Shown here: positions 47,740 to 56,808 of the stretch, piece by piece | Numbering within the stretch: position 1 is the stretch's first letter | How the letters are laid out: each line of letters starts with the position of its first letter | Origin: an uncultured candidate division Zixibacteria bacterium | GTDB taxonomy: Bacteria > Zixibacteria > MSB-5A5 > GN15 > FEB-12 | DNA: 64,000 nt | Reading direction: 5' to 3' | Assembly: GCA_963735035.1 (NCBI GenBank) | Contig: CAVTJJ010000004.1 | Span: 1,504,001 to 1,568,000, forward strand | Program-made: the position numbers and the translations under genes | The notes under the pieces: model-generated | Databases searched by the model: none | The model's input: the letters and a program-made list of their open reading frames with translations, nothing else | What the model was told of the DNA's origin: nothing

Positions 47740-49362
47740 ATGATGCAGACCGTGCTTCTTATCACACTCGCAGGACTTGTAGTCCTACTAACCACCCTTC
47801 TATTAGTACGGATAAGCCGCGAGCGGCGGATTTTCAAACCGCTTGGTCAATCGGAACTGGATCGATTTACTCAACTAATTCAGACGTCCATAGTCGAGGG
47901 AGATATTCAGACAGCCGCCACGCACGTCACCAATATGCTTCGCGAAAAATGCGGCGTTGAAAAAATCATCTTCCTGCGACGACGTGGCAGCTTGTTCGAG
48001 CTCAGCTACTATTCCGGCCTGGGGGATTTCAATCGACGAGTGCTGCAGGCCCGATATACGCAAGGGCTGATCGAAGTTCTCCGGTCGCATCTGGTCCCGG
48101 ATTCCATTGAACATCTACACGACCATTTGCCCAGGAAACTGGTAGAATGCCTTAATTCTTGGGGTTGTAACCTCTTCTTCCCGATATTTTGGCGCGACCA
48201 TCTCTACGGTATTTATTTCATCTCCGGGAACGAGCAGACTCGCACGCCGGCATTCCGTCTGGTTATTTCTTCAATGGCCCAGACGCTTTCGGCGGCCTAT
48301 CATGTCAAGTGGCATGAGCACAGACTGGGGCGTCTGCAGGAGCAGCTCACGTCTCTGGAAGCGTCACACAAGACACCGGCTGCCGAGACTCCAGCAGCGT
48401 CGACCAGGCTCATAAAGCTGGTGCGTCATCGCGATTCGGAAACGCTGGTAGGGCAGATCGTTGATGAAGTCCGCAAAGATTTGAAATTGGAGCGGTGCGC
48501 GTTTCTCTATTCGAAGAAAGATGATGAATCGCCCGTGCGGCTTCATTCCGACGGATCCCGCCTTCCGATTATTCCCCCATCGAGAGAATCTTTCGACCGC
48601 CTGCTGTCCCAGCTTGATCCGGCCGCCCCGTGTGAGATTGAGTGTTTGGGGCAGGTCGATGCCGCTCTTGCACCGCTCCAGAAAGGGCTGAGCGACGCGG
48701 GATTGAGTCATCTGGTGTCCTTCCAGTTGACTCCCAAACGGTCGGGAATTCTGGTCTGGTCCGATCGGCGGCCGACCGTTCAACTGGCGGCCGAAATTGG
48801 ACGCCATCGATTGACGGCGTCCGAACTGATGGCCAACGCCGAATCGTTCGAGGAGGTCGAGAGCCTCTCCTATACCGACAGTCTTACCGGTCTGGCCAAT
48901 TTGCGGTATCTCATGCGCCGTCTGGAGGAAGAAATTGATCGAGCCCGGCGTTACAGCCGCTCGCTGGCTCTGATAATGTTCGATCTCGACGACCTTAAGG
49001 GGATCAATGACCACTATGGCCATCAGGCCGGCGACCAGGTGCTGAGGCAACTGGGCGATTTGCTCCGAAAATCTCTGCGGTCCATCGATGTGGTGGCTCG
49101 GTATGGCGGCGATGAATTCTGTGTCATCATGCCGGAGTCAGATAGGGCAACCTGCGAGCAGTTTGTCAACCGGCTGCAGCAAAAGATCGCCGAAACGCGG
49201 TTTCATCTGGAGCAATCGGGAGGCGATGTCAAGTGTACCGCTTCGCTCGGTGGGGCTATTTTTCCGCAGAGCGCCGACGACCCGGAAAAGCTGATTTATG
49301 CCGCCGATATGGCCTTGCTCAAGGCCAAAGAGCTGGGTCGAAATCGGGCCATGGTGTCGTAG
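47740..49362 (+). CDS. Membrane-anchored diguanylate cyclase (GAF-like regions + GGDEF)
   Basis: N-terminal TM; DSLTGL; RSID I-site; intact RYGGDEF. Confidence 0.93.
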   Translation: MMQTVLLITLAGLVVLLTTLLLVRISRERRIFKPLGQSELDRFTQLIQTSIVEGDIQTAATHVTNMLREKCGVEKIIFLRRRGSLFELSYYSGLGDFNRRVLQARYTQGLIEVLRSHLVPDSIEHLHDHLPRKLVECLNSWGCNLFFPIFWRDHLYGIYFISGNEQTRTPAFRLVISSMAQTLSAAYHVKWHEHRLGRLQEQLTSLEASHKTPAAETPAASTRLIKLVRHRDSETLVGQIVDEVRKDLKLERCAFLYSKKDDESPVRLHSDGSRLPIIPPSRESFDRLLSQLDPAAPCEIECLGQVDAALAPLQKGLSDAGLSHLVSFQLTPKRSGILVWSDRRPTVQLAAEIGRHRLTASELMANAESFEEVESLSYTDSLTGLANLRYLMRRLEEEIDRARRYSRSLALIMFDLDDLKGINDHYGHQAGDQVLRQLGDLLRKSLRSIDVVARYGGDEFCVIMPESDRATCEQFVNRLQQKIAETRFHLEQSGGDVKCTASLGGAIFPQSADDPEKLIYAADMALLKAKELGRNRAMVS

Positions 49363-49521
49363 CCGGCATAGCCCCGGGTACCAGCCCGCTTTGGGCGTAT
49401 CTGTTTGAGCTTTACAGAGTTTCGGTCGGTTCGTATACTCCCTGTTTAAGTGTAGTCACAAGGCTGCCGACTTCTGTATTATACGGCGGCATAGAGGCCT
49501 GCAAGGATGGAGACCCAGAGA

Positions 49522-50475
49522 ATGGCTCGCAAGATTTTCGGACTCGTTCTCGTTTTACTATCACTCGGAACCACGGCCTTCGGCCAGGACTATGTTATCG
49601 GCGAAGGGGACATGCTCGATATCAGTTTCTGGCAGGAGCCGACTTACAACACCCAGGTCAGAGTGGGGCAGGACGGGAAAATTTCACTGGATATTATTGG
49701 GCAGATTGAGGCCGCCGGGAAGACGGCGGAACAACTTCAAAACGAAATTGTCCGCGAAATCTCCCGTTTGAACCGGACCATTTCCCAGGCCACGGTCAGA
49801 GTGACCGAGTACAACTTCAACTTCGTCTTTGTAATTGGCCAGGTCAACCAGCCGGGGAAGAAGAGTTTCGAGAAGATTCCCGATCTCTGGACAGTCATCA
49901 ACGAGTCTGGAGGCGTCAACCAGACCGGCGATCTCAGCCGGGTTACGATCATCAGAGGCGGGGACCAGGCCGGCAAGATCGAGACGGTTAACCTGGCGCA
50001 GGCCATAGCCACCGGTCAACTGGATAAACTACCCAAGCTCCGCCGTCAGGACACCATTGAAATCGGCCGGGCCCCCGGCCAGGGTGCCGCGGGCGATCTG
50101 GGCGGCCAAACCGAAAAGAAGAATCTGATCTACGTCATTGGCGCCGTCCGCACTCCCGGCTCGGTGACGTTTCAGGAGAATGTCGATGTTCTGGAAGCGG
50201 TAGCGCTGGCCGGCGGTCCAACCGACGCCGCCGATCTGAAGCATGCTCACCTGGTTCTCAAGGACGGCAACTACGCCGAGACCGTGAAGTTTGACCTGGA
50301 CAAATATGTATCCGAGGGTCGTCCCGCCCGATATATCATGCAGAAGGAAGACCTCGTGATAGTCCCGGCCGTACGTCCCGGCTTTCTCGACACGAGGCTG
50401 GGTCAGATCGCCACTCTCATGACGGCTCTGTCGACCGCCTATCTGCTTTATGATCGGATTCAGACCCGCAACTGA
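49522..50475 (+). CDS. Polysaccharide export protein (Wza/OPX family, SLBB domains)
   Basis: YVIGEGDMLDI..VGQDGKISL poly-export motif; VIGQVNQPG and VIGAVRTPG SLBB starts; start may be 49507. Confidence 0.9.
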   Translation: MARKIFGLVLVLLSLGTTAFGQDYVIGEGDMLDISFWQEPTYNTQVRVGQDGKISLDIIGQIEAAGKTAEQLQNEIVREISRLNRTISQATVRVTEYNFNFVFVIGQVNQPGKKSFEKIPDLWTVINESGGVNQTGDLSRVTIIRGGDQAGKIETVNLAQAIATGQLDKLPKLRRQDTIEIGRAPGQGAAGDLGGQTEKKNLIYVIGAVRTPGSVTFQENVDVLEAVALAGGPTDAADLKHAHLVLKDGNYAETVKFDLDKYVSEGRPARYIMQKEDLVIVPAVRPGFLDTRLGQIATLMTALSTAYLLYDRIQTRN

Positions 50476-50535
50476 TGGGTGGCACTTCCGGGGCTATGGC
50501 GTGTTTAAGGCCTGTGACTTTCCGGCCCGCGCCAG

Positions 50536-51669
50536 ATGACGATTATGGAAAACTACCGACTCAGCAGCAAGTTGCGCGAGAAAGATCGCGAATACCTGGT
50601 TCAGACGACTAATGACGTCGAGCACGGGTCTGTCTGTACGACCGTATTTGTTGACGGCATCAAGGCGGACACCTATAAGCAGCCGCACCCGGAGCCGCTG
50701 TCCGGCGAGGCGCTGCTGGATCTGGTCAAAACTACCCACGGTGAGCGGCGGTATGAGTTGGAAGCGATTCTTCAGGCCTATCAGGAAGTCTCACTTCAGG
50801 GTGACGCTCAGTCAATGTATCGATTGGCCACCGCGTTCTATTATCGCCGGTTCTACCACGAGGCGGCCGACCTGCTCGTGGGGGTGATTCGAACCGATCC
50901 GAGCTATCATCAGGCGCACTTTCTTCGGGGACTCACCTATCAGGCTCTGGGACAGAATGTCGAAGCGGTCAATTCCGCCGCCGAGGCCGTCAAGTATCGC
51001 CCGGGGTATGCAGACTACCGCAATAATCTGGGTGAGGCGCTGCTCTCGGCCGGAGCCATTTCCGAGGCTATCGCCGAGTTTGAAACCGCCATTTCGATCA
51101 ACATGTATTACGGTGAGGCTTATTTCAATCTTGGCCTGGCCCGGCTGTTGGAAGCTTCCCGGAGCAGTGATCCGGAGCATCGGCGCGACCTCGTGGGCCG
51201 CATCTCCGACCATTTCCGCAAAGCCGCCCTGATTTATCCCGACCTGGAGAATCATACCTGGTTCCGGGACGGCCTCACGTCGCTTGCTTCTTATGATTAC
51301 ACCGGCGCTCTGAGTGCCTTCAAGCGGGTGCGCGAAGCCCGCCGTGAAGTCCGTCGCCTCGAATTCATAGCGAATAACCAACGGATGATGACGCCGCGCG
51401 ATGCCTGGACGACTGAGGTGTTGGTCGAGCAGATTCGAACGCTGCAAATGCAAATTGCACAACATCCCGACTACCTGGATTTGCACATCGAGCTGGCCCG
51501 GTGCTATATGGAACAGGCGCGCTGGCAGTGGGCGCAGGCAATCGACGAGTGCCGCCGGATCATCGAGACGTACCCCGATGCGTCCTTTGTTGCCGACGCT
51601 CTGGAATCAGCCGGAACGACCGGTGAAGCCATCGAACGCACCTTCGCAATTCTGGACAAGAAAGGTTAG
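50536..51669 (+). CDS. TPR protein with a small N-terminal alpha/beta domain
   Basis: TPR motifs (YADYRNNLG, YGEAYFNLG, PDYLDLH); no signal peptide. Confidence 0.85.
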   Translation: MTIMENYRLSSKLREKDREYLVQTTNDVEHGSVCTTVFVDGIKADTYKQPHPEPLSGEALLDLVKTTHGERRYELEAILQAYQEVSLQGDAQSMYRLATAFYYRRFYHEAADLLVGVIRTDPSYHQAHFLRGLTYQALGQNVEAVNSAAEAVKYRPGYADYRNNLGEALLSAGAISEAIAEFETAISINMYYGEAYFNLGLARLLEASRSSDPEHRRDLVGRISDHFRKAALIYPDLENHTWFRDGLTSLASYDYTGALSAFKRVREARREVRRLEFIANNQRMMTPRDAWTTEVLVEQIRTLQMQIAQHPDYLDLHIELARCYMEQARWQWAQAIDECRRIIETYPDASFVADALESAGTTGEAIERTFAILDKKG

Positions 51670-51676
51670 ACTTAGC

Positions 51677-52477
51677 ATGGCCCGTCCCAGTGCTCCAATT
51701 ACCGATTACTTCACTCTCGAGTCACCTCTGGCGACCGAATACCGTCGTCTGCTTCAGAACCTGAAGCGGATGGAAGCCAAGGGCGAGCTTAAGGCCATTT
51801 TGATCACCTCGTCGGTGACGGGTGAAGGGAAATCGACCATTTCATCGCTTTTGTCCATCACGGCTGCGCGTAAAGGCCAGCGGACTATATTGATCGATTG
51901 CGATGTCCGGCGCCCCGCTATTCACCGGATGTTTCAGACGGAGCGTCACCCCGGACTGGTGGATGTGATCGGTGATGGCGTTTCGTACAAAGACGTCATC
52001 AGGAAGACCTCGATTGAGAATCTGGATTTGATTACGGCGGGCAAGGCGACGCCGCAACCGAGCGAGCTGTTCAATACCGGGGCGCTCGATGCTCTGTTTC
52101 GTGAATTGAAATTCTATTACGATCTGGTAGTGATCGACTCGCCGCCGGTCATCCCGGTGTCGGATCCGATGCTTCTGGCGCATTTTGTGGATGGCGTCAT
52201 ACTGGTCGTCAAGGCCGGTGAGACGGCGCGCGAGGTGGCGCTCCGGGCGGTCGAGATCATGACCAGCAACCGGGCGAATATCCTGGGGGTGGTGCTTAAC
52301 AACTCGAGGAACAGCCTTCCGTATTACTATGATTACACTCACTACCATTACAACTATAGCCAAAATCCTCAAGACGGCGAATCGCGCGGTCCCGGGCGTC
52401 ATCGCGACGGAACGCATTCTTCGGAAAATAATCGTCTCCCCGGTGAGTCGCAGGAAAAGAAGCGGTCACTCAACTAG
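51677..52477 (+). CDS. CpsD/CapB-family bacterial tyrosine kinase (cytoplasmic)
   Basis: EYRRL, TSSVTGEGKST, IDCDVRRP and IDSPP motifs; Tyr cluster YYYDYTHYHYNY; likely start ATG 51677. Confidence 0.93.
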   Translation: MARPSAPITDYFTLESPLATEYRRLLQNLKRMEAKGELKAILITSSVTGEGKSTISSLLSITAARKGQRTILIDCDVRRPAIHRMFQTERHPGLVDVIGDGVSYKDVIRKTSIENLDLITAGKATPQPSELFNTGALDALFRELKFYYDLVVIDSPPVIPVSDPMLLAHFVDGVILVVKAGETAREVALRAVEIMTSNRANILGVVLNNSRNSLPYYYDYTHYHYNYSQNPQDGESRGPGRHRDGTHSSENNRLPGESQEKKRSLN

Positions 52478-52497
52478 ATCGATACGGGAATCTATTC

Positions 52498-53361
52498 ATG
52501 CAGCCCAATCTGCTGACAGTCGATCTTGAGGAATGGTTTGTTGTCGAGGCTTTGGCCAATCGGTTCTCGCCCGATGACTGGCCCTCCCTGCAATCGACAC
52601 TTCAGCGCAACTGTACGAGGTTGCTCCGCCTGTTTGCCCACCACGACGTCAGGGCGACCTGGTTCGTTCTCGGATGGTGTGCCGAGCGATTCCCGGCTCT
52701 GATCGCACGCATCGCTGAGCAGGGTCACGAAATCGCCTGCCACAGCTACGCGCATCGGATGGTTGACAAGATGACTCCGGATGAGTTCCGTCTGGATACC
52801 CGCCGCGCCGTCAATGCTATTATTGAATCATCAGGTGCGCGACCGGTCGGATATCGAGCCCCGAGCTGGTCATTGTCCGAGAAGGTGCCGTGGGCGTTCG
52901 AGATTCTATCGGACCTTGGATTCGAGTACGACAGCTCGATCTTCCCGATAAAGCACGATCTGTACGGCATGCCTGAGGGACCGCGCAAGCTCTTCCGGAT
53001 GGCTTTCTCCGGCGACCGTTTCCTCTACGAAGCGCCCGCCTCGACCGTGCGCCTCTGGCGCCAGAACTTTCCCATCGGCGGCGGCGGTTACTTGCGCCAT
53101 TCGCCCTACTGGTACAGCCGTATGATGATCCGCAAGGTGAACAAGACGGGTATGCCGGTTATGGTCTACGTTCACCCGTGGGAAGTCGATCCTGACCCGC
53201 CGCCCGTGTCAGGTCTTTCGCCGGTGCAACGACTGAGAACTTACGGCTCTACGGCGACTCTGGAAGCGAAATTAGATCGGCTTCTGTCAGATTTCTCGTT
53301 CATGCCGGTCAGTGACTACATTCGCAGCACTACGAAACAGCGGATCGGTTTCGAGCGCTGA
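52498..53361 (+). CDS. Polysaccharide deacetylase of the PEP-CTERM/EPS-locus type
   Basis: TVDLEEWF, HEIACHSYAH, GYRAPSWS, GGGYLR and HPWEVD motifs. Confidence 0.93.
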   Translation: MQPNLLTVDLEEWFVVEALANRFSPDDWPSLQSTLQRNCTRLLRLFAHHDVRATWFVLGWCAERFPALIARIAEQGHEIACHSYAHRMVDKMTPDEFRLDTRRAVNAIIESSGARPVGYRAPSWSLSEKVPWAFEILSDLGFEYDSSIFPIKHDLYGMPEGPRKLFRMAFSGDRFLYEAPASTVRLWRQNFPIGGGGYLRHSPYWYSRMMIRKVNKTGMPVMVYVHPWEVDPDPPPVSGLSPVQRLRTYGSTATLEAKLDRLLSDFSFMPVSDYIRSTTKQRIGFER

Positions 53362-53565
53362 TCGGGCCGGCCCCATAACGCGATAAACTTCATGGGCTTA
53401 TAGGCGAAAAGACCCGTCGGTCCCGGTGCCTGGCCGGACTGATATGTCAAACGTCTGCGGGATTGTCTCCGAACCCACATCAGAGGGAATAAATCCTTGA
53501 CTAATATGTGTATAAGAGCTTACAGTTAGTCTGATGAGACGATTTTACTTACACGGGGTCTATTT

Positions 53566-54234
53566 ATGAAGAGAATGCTCATTTGCGGCCTCTTATTGCT
53601 TATGGCCGCACCGATGGTTGAGGCTCGCCGGAAGGAAAAGAAGGTCGGCGAAATTGCCGGCGATTTGTTCAAGGACAGCGAATACGGATTAGAAATCAAG
53701 CTCCACCAGAACTGGAAGCCAAAGATTGGCAAAGAGGGTGCGAAGGTCAGGCTCACTCTCTTACAGCGTAATTACAGTGTCCCGTCTGACTACACCAACG
53801 CTCCGGACTACACTCAGATTCCACTGGTGATCTTGTACGTAGACACGACCACGCTTGGTCCGCACGCTTTCATTGATTCGCTGGCCTCGCAGACTTTCAA
53901 ATCGGGCCAGAAGAATGCCATCTATAAGGAATTCGAAATCCTCGCCGAGCCGGATCTGATTCCGTTGCAGCGTACTCGAATGGATATCGCCGGCCAGTCA
54001 GCGCTGATGTGGAAAGTCCGGGCCAACTACAAGAAGGACATCGAGACGTCGACCGGTTCCTCTACCTATAAGAAGGTGAGCCGCAGCTTTGGAGGCGCTA
54101 TCGCCGCGGTCAAAGTCGGCCAGAACATAGTGCTGTTCTACGTCCGGACCGAATGGGAGTTCTTTGATCCCGTCCTGAGCGAGGTCATGCCCATGATCGA
54201 GAGCCTGAAGATCCAGCAGCAGGAGGAAGGCTAG
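53566..54234 (+). CDS. Exported hypothetical protein
   Basis: Signal peptide; candidate promoter TTGACT at 53497; FxDxxYG..W start faintly resembles PsbP/DcrB-like folds. Confidence 0.75.
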   Translation: MKRMLICGLLLLMAAPMVEARRKEKKVGEIAGDLFKDSEYGLEIKLHQNWKPKIGKEGAKVRLTLLQRNYSVPSDYTNAPDYTQIPLVILYVDTTTLGPHAFIDSLASQTFKSGQKNAIYKEFEILAEPDLIPLQRTRMDIAGQSALMWKVRANYKKDIETSTGSSTYKKVSRSFGGAIAAVKVGQNIVLFYVRTEWEFFDPVLSEVMPMIESLKIQQQEEG

Positions 54235-54311
54235 GCCGGATTCGAATCTGAATCCGGAGCCCCGGCGCACGGACGGTTCCGGGTAAAGTCCAGCGGTTGC
54301 CAGGAGGTCAT

Positions 54312-54680
54312 ATGTGGATTATTAGGACAATTCTGATACTGCTGCTTCTTTTGTTGGTGGTGGCGTTTGCTTTCAACAACACCGGAGCCGACCAAAAGGT
54401 GGCCGTACATCTGCAACCGCTTCTTCCCAATTATGTCGATGTCCCTCTGATCACCATAGTGTTTTGGTCGTTTGTCGCGGGTGCCATGATGTGCCTGGTG
54501 CTGTTTGTCTCGATCTTCATAAAATCATCCATCGAGACCCACGCCGCCCGAAAGCGGATCAAGGCGCTTGAGGCGGAGGTTGCTATTTTGCGAAATCGAC
54601 CCATCGATGAATCAGCGGATCTGCTCAAGGGCGTCGACCGTCTTAGAGATGAACGGGAGTCTCCGTTCGCGGAGAAATAG
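54312..54680 (+). CDS. LapA-like membrane protein
   Basis: TM ending FAFNN, second TM, then coiled coil; AGGAGG RBS; precedes a LapB-like gene. Confidence 0.8.
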   Translation: MWIIRTILILLLLLLVVAFAFNNTGADQKVAVHLQPLLPNYVDVPLITIVFWSFVAGAMMCLVLFVSIFIKSSIETHAARKRIKALEAEVAILRNRPIDESADLLKGVDRLRDERESPFAEK

Positions 54681-54682
54681 CC

Positions 54683-55780
54683 ATGATGGTTGAGTACATG
54701 TTCGAGTTTCTGCTGCTGCTCTTGATCGTGCTGGCAGTATATCTGGTGTATGAGCGGTTTGCCGGTCGGAGCAAAGTGCCGGAGCCGACCCTTTATCAGG
54801 ACGCCTTGCGCGACCTGCTGGATGAACGCCAGGAGGCCGCTTTCAGCAAGCTCCGTCAGGTGGTAGCCGAGGACGGCAGCAACCTGGACGCTTATCTTCG
54901 ATTGGGTCGGATTCTCCGCGAAAACAACCAACCTCAGCGGGCTTTCCAGGTTCACAAAGACCTGACCCTGCGTCCGGGGTTGGGCAAGCCGGAACGATCG
55001 GCGATCCTAAAAGAGATCGCCGCCGACTGTCTGGCTCTGAATGATCTCACCACCGCTGAAACCGCGTTGAAAGAGCAGATCGAAATCAACTCCGAGGATC
55101 ATTGGGCCCACACGCGATTGCTATCTCTTCAGGAGAAAGCCCAGCAGTGGGAGACCGCCTACGATACGGCTGCGACGATAGTCAAACTCGAAGGTACCAA
55201 GTCGAAAAAACCGCTCGCCCGTTACAAGTTCCAGCACGGTGAACAGTTGTTTCGTCAACGTGAATATCACAAGGCCAGGATCGCCTACAAGGAAGCGCTT
55301 GGCCTTGACCCGGCGCATGTCGGCGCTTATCTGGCTATCGGCGATTCCTATTGTGAGGAAAAACGTTTCGAAGACGCCGTTACTTTCTGGAACAAGCTCA
55401 TAACGGCCGTGCCAGATCAGGGGCATCTGGTGATCGATCGGCTCAAACGGACGCTGTTCGAACTGGGTCGTTTCGGTGAACTTCCATCGCTGTGTGAGCA
55501 AATCCTGGAGCACTCTCCCAAGAATTTCGAGGCGCGTCGGGCTCTGGCCGAATTCTACGAGAACAAAGGCGATCTCGAATTGGCCGTCGAAATGTGGGAG
55601 AAGATTCTCGACGACAACGCCGACGACAGCGGCGCTCTGCTTGATCTGATCCGGGTCAGTCTGGAACGTCGCGACTACGGCAAGATCGGCAACTTGATCA
55701 AGAACTTGGAAAGACGGCGCGAACAACTGGCTCGCCGACCCGCCTCCGGCCCTTCGGAATCGGTTGTCCATGGGGTTTGA
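54683..55780 (+). CDS. LapB-like TPR membrane protein lacking the C-terminal rubredoxin domain
   Basis: N-terminal TM, LGRILRE..RAFQVHKDL motif, TPR repeats; no CxxC pairs at the C-terminus. Confidence 0.75.
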   Translation: MMVEYMFEFLLLLLIVLAVYLVYERFAGRSKVPEPTLYQDALRDLLDERQEAAFSKLRQVVAEDGSNLDAYLRLGRILRENNQPQRAFQVHKDLTLRPGLGKPERSAILKEIAADCLALNDLTTAETALKEQIEINSEDHWAHTRLLSLQEKAQQWETAYDTAATIVKLEGTKSKKPLARYKFQHGEQLFRQREYHKARIAYKEALGLDPAHVGAYLAIGDSYCEEKRFEDAVTFWNKLITAVPDQGHLVIDRLKRTLFELGRFGELPSLCEQILEHSPKNFEARRALAEFYENKGDLELAVEMWEKILDDNADDSGALLDLIRVSLERRDYGKIGNLIKNLERRREQLARRPASGPSESVVHGV

Positions 55781-55809
55781 GCCGAGCCGCCAGAACTAAT
55801 CGATAGGTC

Positions 55810-56808
55810 ATGTGGCGAAGGATTGTCTTAGCGACATTTTTGGCAGTGACTCTGGGCAGTCTCGCCAGGTCTGAGAGCGTCTATTCTCTTATTCAACGGG
55901 GGCGACTGGACGAGGCCCGCGATTCACTTTCCCAACATACCAGCGCCGGGGTGCGCGACGGAAACGTTCTCTTTTTTCAAGGGTTGCTTGAGACCAACGG
56001 CGACGAGGCAGCTCGACTGATGGAAGCCGCTCGTACCGCGCCGGTCAAATCGATCTACCTCGAAGATATCACCTATCGTCTGGCCCAGTATTACTTCGTT
56101 TGCGGCAATTACACCCGGCTGGGTGAATTGGCAAATGGTTATCTCTCGACCTGGGCGAAGGGGACGTATCGATCCCAGATGATTCGTCTGTCAGTGCTAT
56201 CCGCGGAGAAGACGAAGGCTTACGACGCTGCTTTGAAACAATGCGACCGGTACTTGTCGGACAACAGCGGTTTGGATGCCCAGCAGTGGGGCTTGATCGA
56301 CAAAGCGCGCATTCTCGAAGGCAATGGGAAACAGATTGGCGCCGCCGAGACCGTCCGGCAACTCTCCCGTTCACGTAAAGGTCCGGGCGTCCCGCAGGCG
56401 TTGTACCTGCTCGGGATGCAGGCGGTGTCGAAGGCTCACGCCGACGATGCGATTTTCTACTACAACATGCTTCGAGAAGCGTATCCGTCGGCGGTCGGGT
56501 TGGATCAACTTACGGCGGGGCTCGGCAATATACCGGATCGTCCCAGTGTCGACAGCCGGGCCGACCGTGTGACCAACACCTACTACTCGGTCAAAGTAGG
56601 CGTCTTCTCGGAAATGGAAAACGCCCGACGTCAGGCGGACAAATTCAAGAGTCTCGAACAAAAGGTCGACATCGAATCGAAGCGCATCTCAGGCAAAGAC
56701 TATCGGGTCGTCTATGTGGGGCATTTCCGGAACTATAACGACGCCGTGGCTTTCAAGGTAAAGTTGGAAGCTTCGCAGCACGAAACGTTTCAGGTTGTGG
56801 CGCGATGA
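55810..56808 (+). CDS. Exported TPR + SPOR domain protein
   Basis: Signal peptide; C-terminal YSVKVGVFSEMENA..YRVVYVGHF SPOR motif. Confidence 0.88.
   Translation: MWRRIVLATFLAVTLGSLARSESVYSLIQRGRLDEARDSLSQHTSAGVRDGNVLFFQGLLETNGDEAARLMEAARTAPVKSIYLEDITYRLAQYYFVCGNYTRLGELANGYLSTWAKGTYRSQMIRLSVLSAEKTKAYDAALKQCDRYLSDNSGLDAQQWGLIDKARILEGNGKQIGAAETVRQLSRSRKGPGVPQALYLLGMQAVSKAHADDAIFYYNMLREAYPSAVGLDQLTAGLGNIPDRPSVDSRADRVTNTYYSVKVGVFSEMENARRQADKFKSLEQKVDIESKRISGKDYRVVYVGHFRNYNDAVAFKVKLEASQHETFQVVAR

Noticed and set aside
51401..51676. N-terminal extension of the BY-kinase ORF
   Set aside because: Overlaps the TPR gene; kinase homology begins near ATG 51677
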